A stretch of DNA of 64,000 bases from Polyangiales bacterium (GTDB lineage Bacteria; Myxococcota_A; Polyangia; Polyangiales; JADJQN01): NCBI GenBank assembly GCA_964202905.1, contig CAXNJO010000004.1, forward strand, positions 529,273 to 593,272, written 5' to 3'. The position numbers and the translations under genes are program-made. This document shows positions 61,537 to 64,000 of this stretch, piece after piece. Position 1 is the stretch's first letter, and the number at the start of each line of letters is the position of its first letter. Below the pieces are notes generated by a model that saw only the letters and a program-made list of their open reading frames with translations, made no database searches and was not told the origin of the DNA.

Positions 61537-63198
61537 TCAGCGCCGCAGCTCCGACGTGCGCGCGCGATCCCGCGACGCGCAACGCCGCATCGCGACGCGC
61601 AGCAGCGCCAGGACACCGAGGAGCGCCGGCACAGCCCCCGACGCCCTGCGCCCCGCGACGACGCGACACCCGCAGCCCTCATCCGACGCGCCCTTCGCGC
61701 TCGCACCCGCGTCCGCAGCGCTCCCCGCATCGGTGCCGGCGTCGGGCCGCTCGGTCACGCCACGCAGGAACACGTGGCTCGTCACCACGCGCGGGCGCCC
61801 GCCGACGAGGAGCTCCGCGCGGATGAAATCCTCGCCCGTGCCCGTCGCCTCGAGCGTCGTCTCCCACTCGAAGGGGTCGCTCGTCACGGGCACCGCGGGC
61901 AGCCCCGCGCCGTCGCGCACGAGCCGCAGCGCGCTCCCCATCCCGGCGCCCGTCACGCGCACGCGCAGCAACATGGAATCTGCCAAGATGGTGTCGGTAT
62001 CCGGGCCGAGCTGCGGCGAGTCGAGCGCCACGAGCGGATCCTCGGGCCCCTCGAGCTTCACCGCGGTGCGCCCGCGCCGGATGCCCGCGAGGAGCGCGGC
62101 GACGCTGAGCTCGTCGGCCTCGACCATCGTCGTCGGGCTGCCGATGGGGCTGTCGAACATCCCCGTGCCGCGTCCCGCGCGGTGATCGTCGCTGCCGCCG
62201 AGCGCGACCACGTGCGCGCCGCCCGCGACGAGATCCTCCCAGAAACGCTCGCTCCGCGCGTAGAACACGCCCGTCACGCTGAGCGCGCCCGTCTGCAATT
62301 CGATACCGTCGATGGCGTCGCGCGCGAGCGTGCTCGTCCACGCGCAGCCGATGCACGCGTCGCCGAGATCGAGCACTGGATGATTCAACGTGAAGAGCGC
62401 GCCCTGCGCGTGCACCTCGCCCGCGATGGCCTCGACGGTGCGCCCCGCGAAGCCGAGCCGGTGGTCGACCCACTGCGTCCCGCCGAGCGCCATCGCGTGG
62501 CCCTCGTAGGTCGTGACCTCGATGCCGGGCACGAGCAGCAGCGTGGGATGCGCGGCCTGCACGGACGCGATGTAGGCGAGCTGCGAGGTGGTGTTGTGGT
62601 CGCTCAGCATCACGAAATCGAGGCCGCGCGACTCGGCGAACGCCGCGACCTCCTCGAGCGAGGGCGCAGCGTCCCCGCTCTCGCGCGTGTGCACGTGGAA
62701 GTCGCCCGCGTACCAGCGGCGCCCGACCTCGAGCGGCGCGGCGGGCACGTACGCCGCGCGCTCGGGCTGCGGCGCGAGCGTCGGCGCGTCGCGCAGCACG
62801 ACCTCGACGCGGTAGCGCGCGGGCAGCTCCGAGACCTTTGCCTTGCCCACGTAAACGCGCCACGTGCCCGCCTCGATCGCGCCCGGCAAATAGCTGCGCG
62901 AGGCCGCCGCCGCGCCGAGCACCGCGGGCTCCTCGTTGCCGCCGCCATAGCCGCGGAAGCCGCTCGGTCCGAGCAGCCCCCAGTCGAGGATGTTCACGGC
63001 CGAGAGGTCGTCGTGACGCACCTCGAGCTCGGCGACGCCCGCCGGCACCTCGAAGGGGATCTCGAAGTAGGCGCCCTCCGCGGGCACCTCGCCCTCGAAG
63101 GTGAGCACGGTGTCGGCAGCGCGGGCGCGCGGCGCGGGGGCGGACGCGACGACGAGCGCGAGCACGACCAGGAACGCGAGCGGGCGGAGCGTCGGCAT
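61537..63198 (-). CDS. CehA/McbA-like PHP-domain metallohydrolase with a MYXO-CTERM-like sorting signal
   Basis: Signal peptide; GDFHVHT, SDHN, GIEVT..GH, NHP and GGSDDH motifs; C-terminal GCGC, hydrophobic stretch and RR. Confidence 0.85.
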   Translation of the reverse strand: MPTLRPLAFLVVLALVVASAPAPRARAADTVLTFEGEVPAEGAYFEIPFEVPAGVAELEVRHDDLSAVNILDWGLLGPSGFRGYGGGNEEPAVLGAAAASRSYLPGAIEAGTWRVYVGKAKVSELPARYRVEVVLRDAPTLAPQPERAAYVPAAPLEVGRRWYAGDFHVHTRESGDAAPSLEEVAAFAESRGLDFVMLSDHNTTSQLAYIASVQAAHPTLLLVPGIEVTTYEGHAMALGGTQWVDHRLGFAGRTVEAIAGEVHAQGALFTLNHPVLDLGDACIGCAWTSTLARDAIDGIELQTGALSVTGVFYARSERFWEDLVAGGAHVVALGGSDDHRAGRGTGMFDSPIGSPTTMVEADELSVAALLAGIRRGRTAVKLEGPEDPLVALDSPQLGPDTDTILADSMLLRVRVTGAGMGSALRLVRDGAGLPAVPVTSDPFEWETTLEATGTGEDFIRAELLVGGRPRVVTSHVFLRGVTERPDAGTDAGSAADAGASAKGASDEGCGCRVVAGRRASGAVPALLGVLALLRVAMRRCASRDRARTSELRR

Positions 63199-63248
63199 GG
63201 CCCGCGAGCGTACAACGCTCCCCGGCGATGCCGGCGCCCGGCCGGGGT

Positions 63249-63314
63249 GGGACGGACTATGTCCCTCGCTTCCGCCCGAAGCCGCAGCGCGCAGGAGGGA
63301 CGGATTATGTCCCT
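63249..63314. repeat. Two 18-bp direct repeats, each an inverted repeat (GGGAC-N7-GTCCC)
   Basis: GGGACGGACTATGTCCCT at 63249 and GGGACGGATTATGTCCCT at 63297. Confidence 0.8.
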
Positions 63315-63344
63315 GCCCTGCCGCGCCGCTCAGGTGCCGTCGCG

Positions 63345-64000
63345 TCAGCCCTGCTCGCCGCGCTCCCGCACGAGCCGCCCCGCGCGGTAGTCGTCGAAGG
63401 CCTCGCGCAGCTCGGCTTCGGTGTTCATCACGAAGGGGCCGCGGCGCGCGACGGGCTCGCCGAGCGGCTGCCCCGCGAACAGCAGGAAGCGCCCACCCGT
63501 CGCGCTCGTCGCCCGGACGAGCTCGGCGCCCGGCGCGAGCACCGCGAGCTGCCCGCGCTCGAGCAGCGGGCCGTCCGCGCCGAAGCGCGCGACGCCCTCG
63601 ACGACGTAGGCGAAGGCGTTGTGCGACGTGGGCAGCGCGTGGTCGAAACGCCCGTTTCGCGCGAGCGTGACGTCGATCATCGTCGGCGCGGTGGCGATGC
63701 CCGCGACGGGCCCGACCTCGCCGGCGACCTCCCCCGCGACGACGCGCACGCGCGCGTCCATGTGCTCGATCTCGCGGAAGCGCTCGGGCCCGAGGTCCTG
63801 GTAGCGCGGGCGCGTCCACTTCTGCGCGCGCGGCAGGTTCACCCAGAGCTGGAAGCCGTGCATCAGGCCGCTCACCTGCTTCGGCATCTCCGAGTGGATG
63901 ATGCCGCTGCCCGCCGTCATCCACTGCGTGCTGCCCGCGATGAGGCGCCCCTCGTTGCCCATGCTGTCGCGGTGCTCCATCGCGCCCGCGAGCATGTACG
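63345..64000 (-). CDS. Pirin family protein (5' end outside the window)
   Basis: Motifs HRDSMGN, QWMTAGSGIIHSEMP, FQLWVNLP and EPVARRGPFVMN. Confidence 0.93.
   Translation of the reverse strand, partial: YMLAGAMEHRDSMGNEGRLIAGSTQWMTAGSGIIHSEMPKQVSGLMHGFQLWVNLPRAQKWTRPRYQDLGPERFREIEHMDARVRVVAGEVAGEVGPVAGIATAPTMIDVTLARNGRFDHALPTSHNAFAYVVEGVARFGADGPLLERGQLAVLAPGAELVRATSATGGRFLLFAGQPLGEPVARRGPFVMNTEAELREAFDDYRAGRLVRERGEQG

Overview
This is a very GC-rich chromosomal window, most likely from a Myxococcota bacterium (Polyangia/Sandaracinaceae-like). That call is inferred from a TIGR04551-type barrel, a MYXO-CTERM tail, a DUF507 protein and Cys-rich/DAG-repeat lipoproteins. Most of the window is core genome: thiolase, meaB, an S1-domain protein, nadA, prfB-lysS-lolC/E-lolD-bamA-skp-tolC-mlaC, a Crp/Fnr regulator, gmk, radA, rnj, dCMP deaminase and tig-clpP-clpX-lon. 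It also holds two tRNA-Val genes and several secreted/lipoprotein and redox genes. I found no CRISPR array, transposase or integrase. The main signals the gene list does not explain are: (1) a 42-bp tandem array of palindrome-containing units just downstream of tRNA-Val(TAC), next to a possible integration-site scar; (2) a recurring -10-like hexamer 6-8 nt before start codons, suggesting widespread leaderless mRNAs; (3) an ECF sigma factor paired with a frameshifted anti-sigma-like protein that ends in a TonB_C/AgmX-like domain; (4) a frameshifted kinase-cyclase-AAA-TPR gene; and (5) a ladder of lengthening C-tracts in the tig leader. All product calls come from recognising motifs by eye; no database searches were run.
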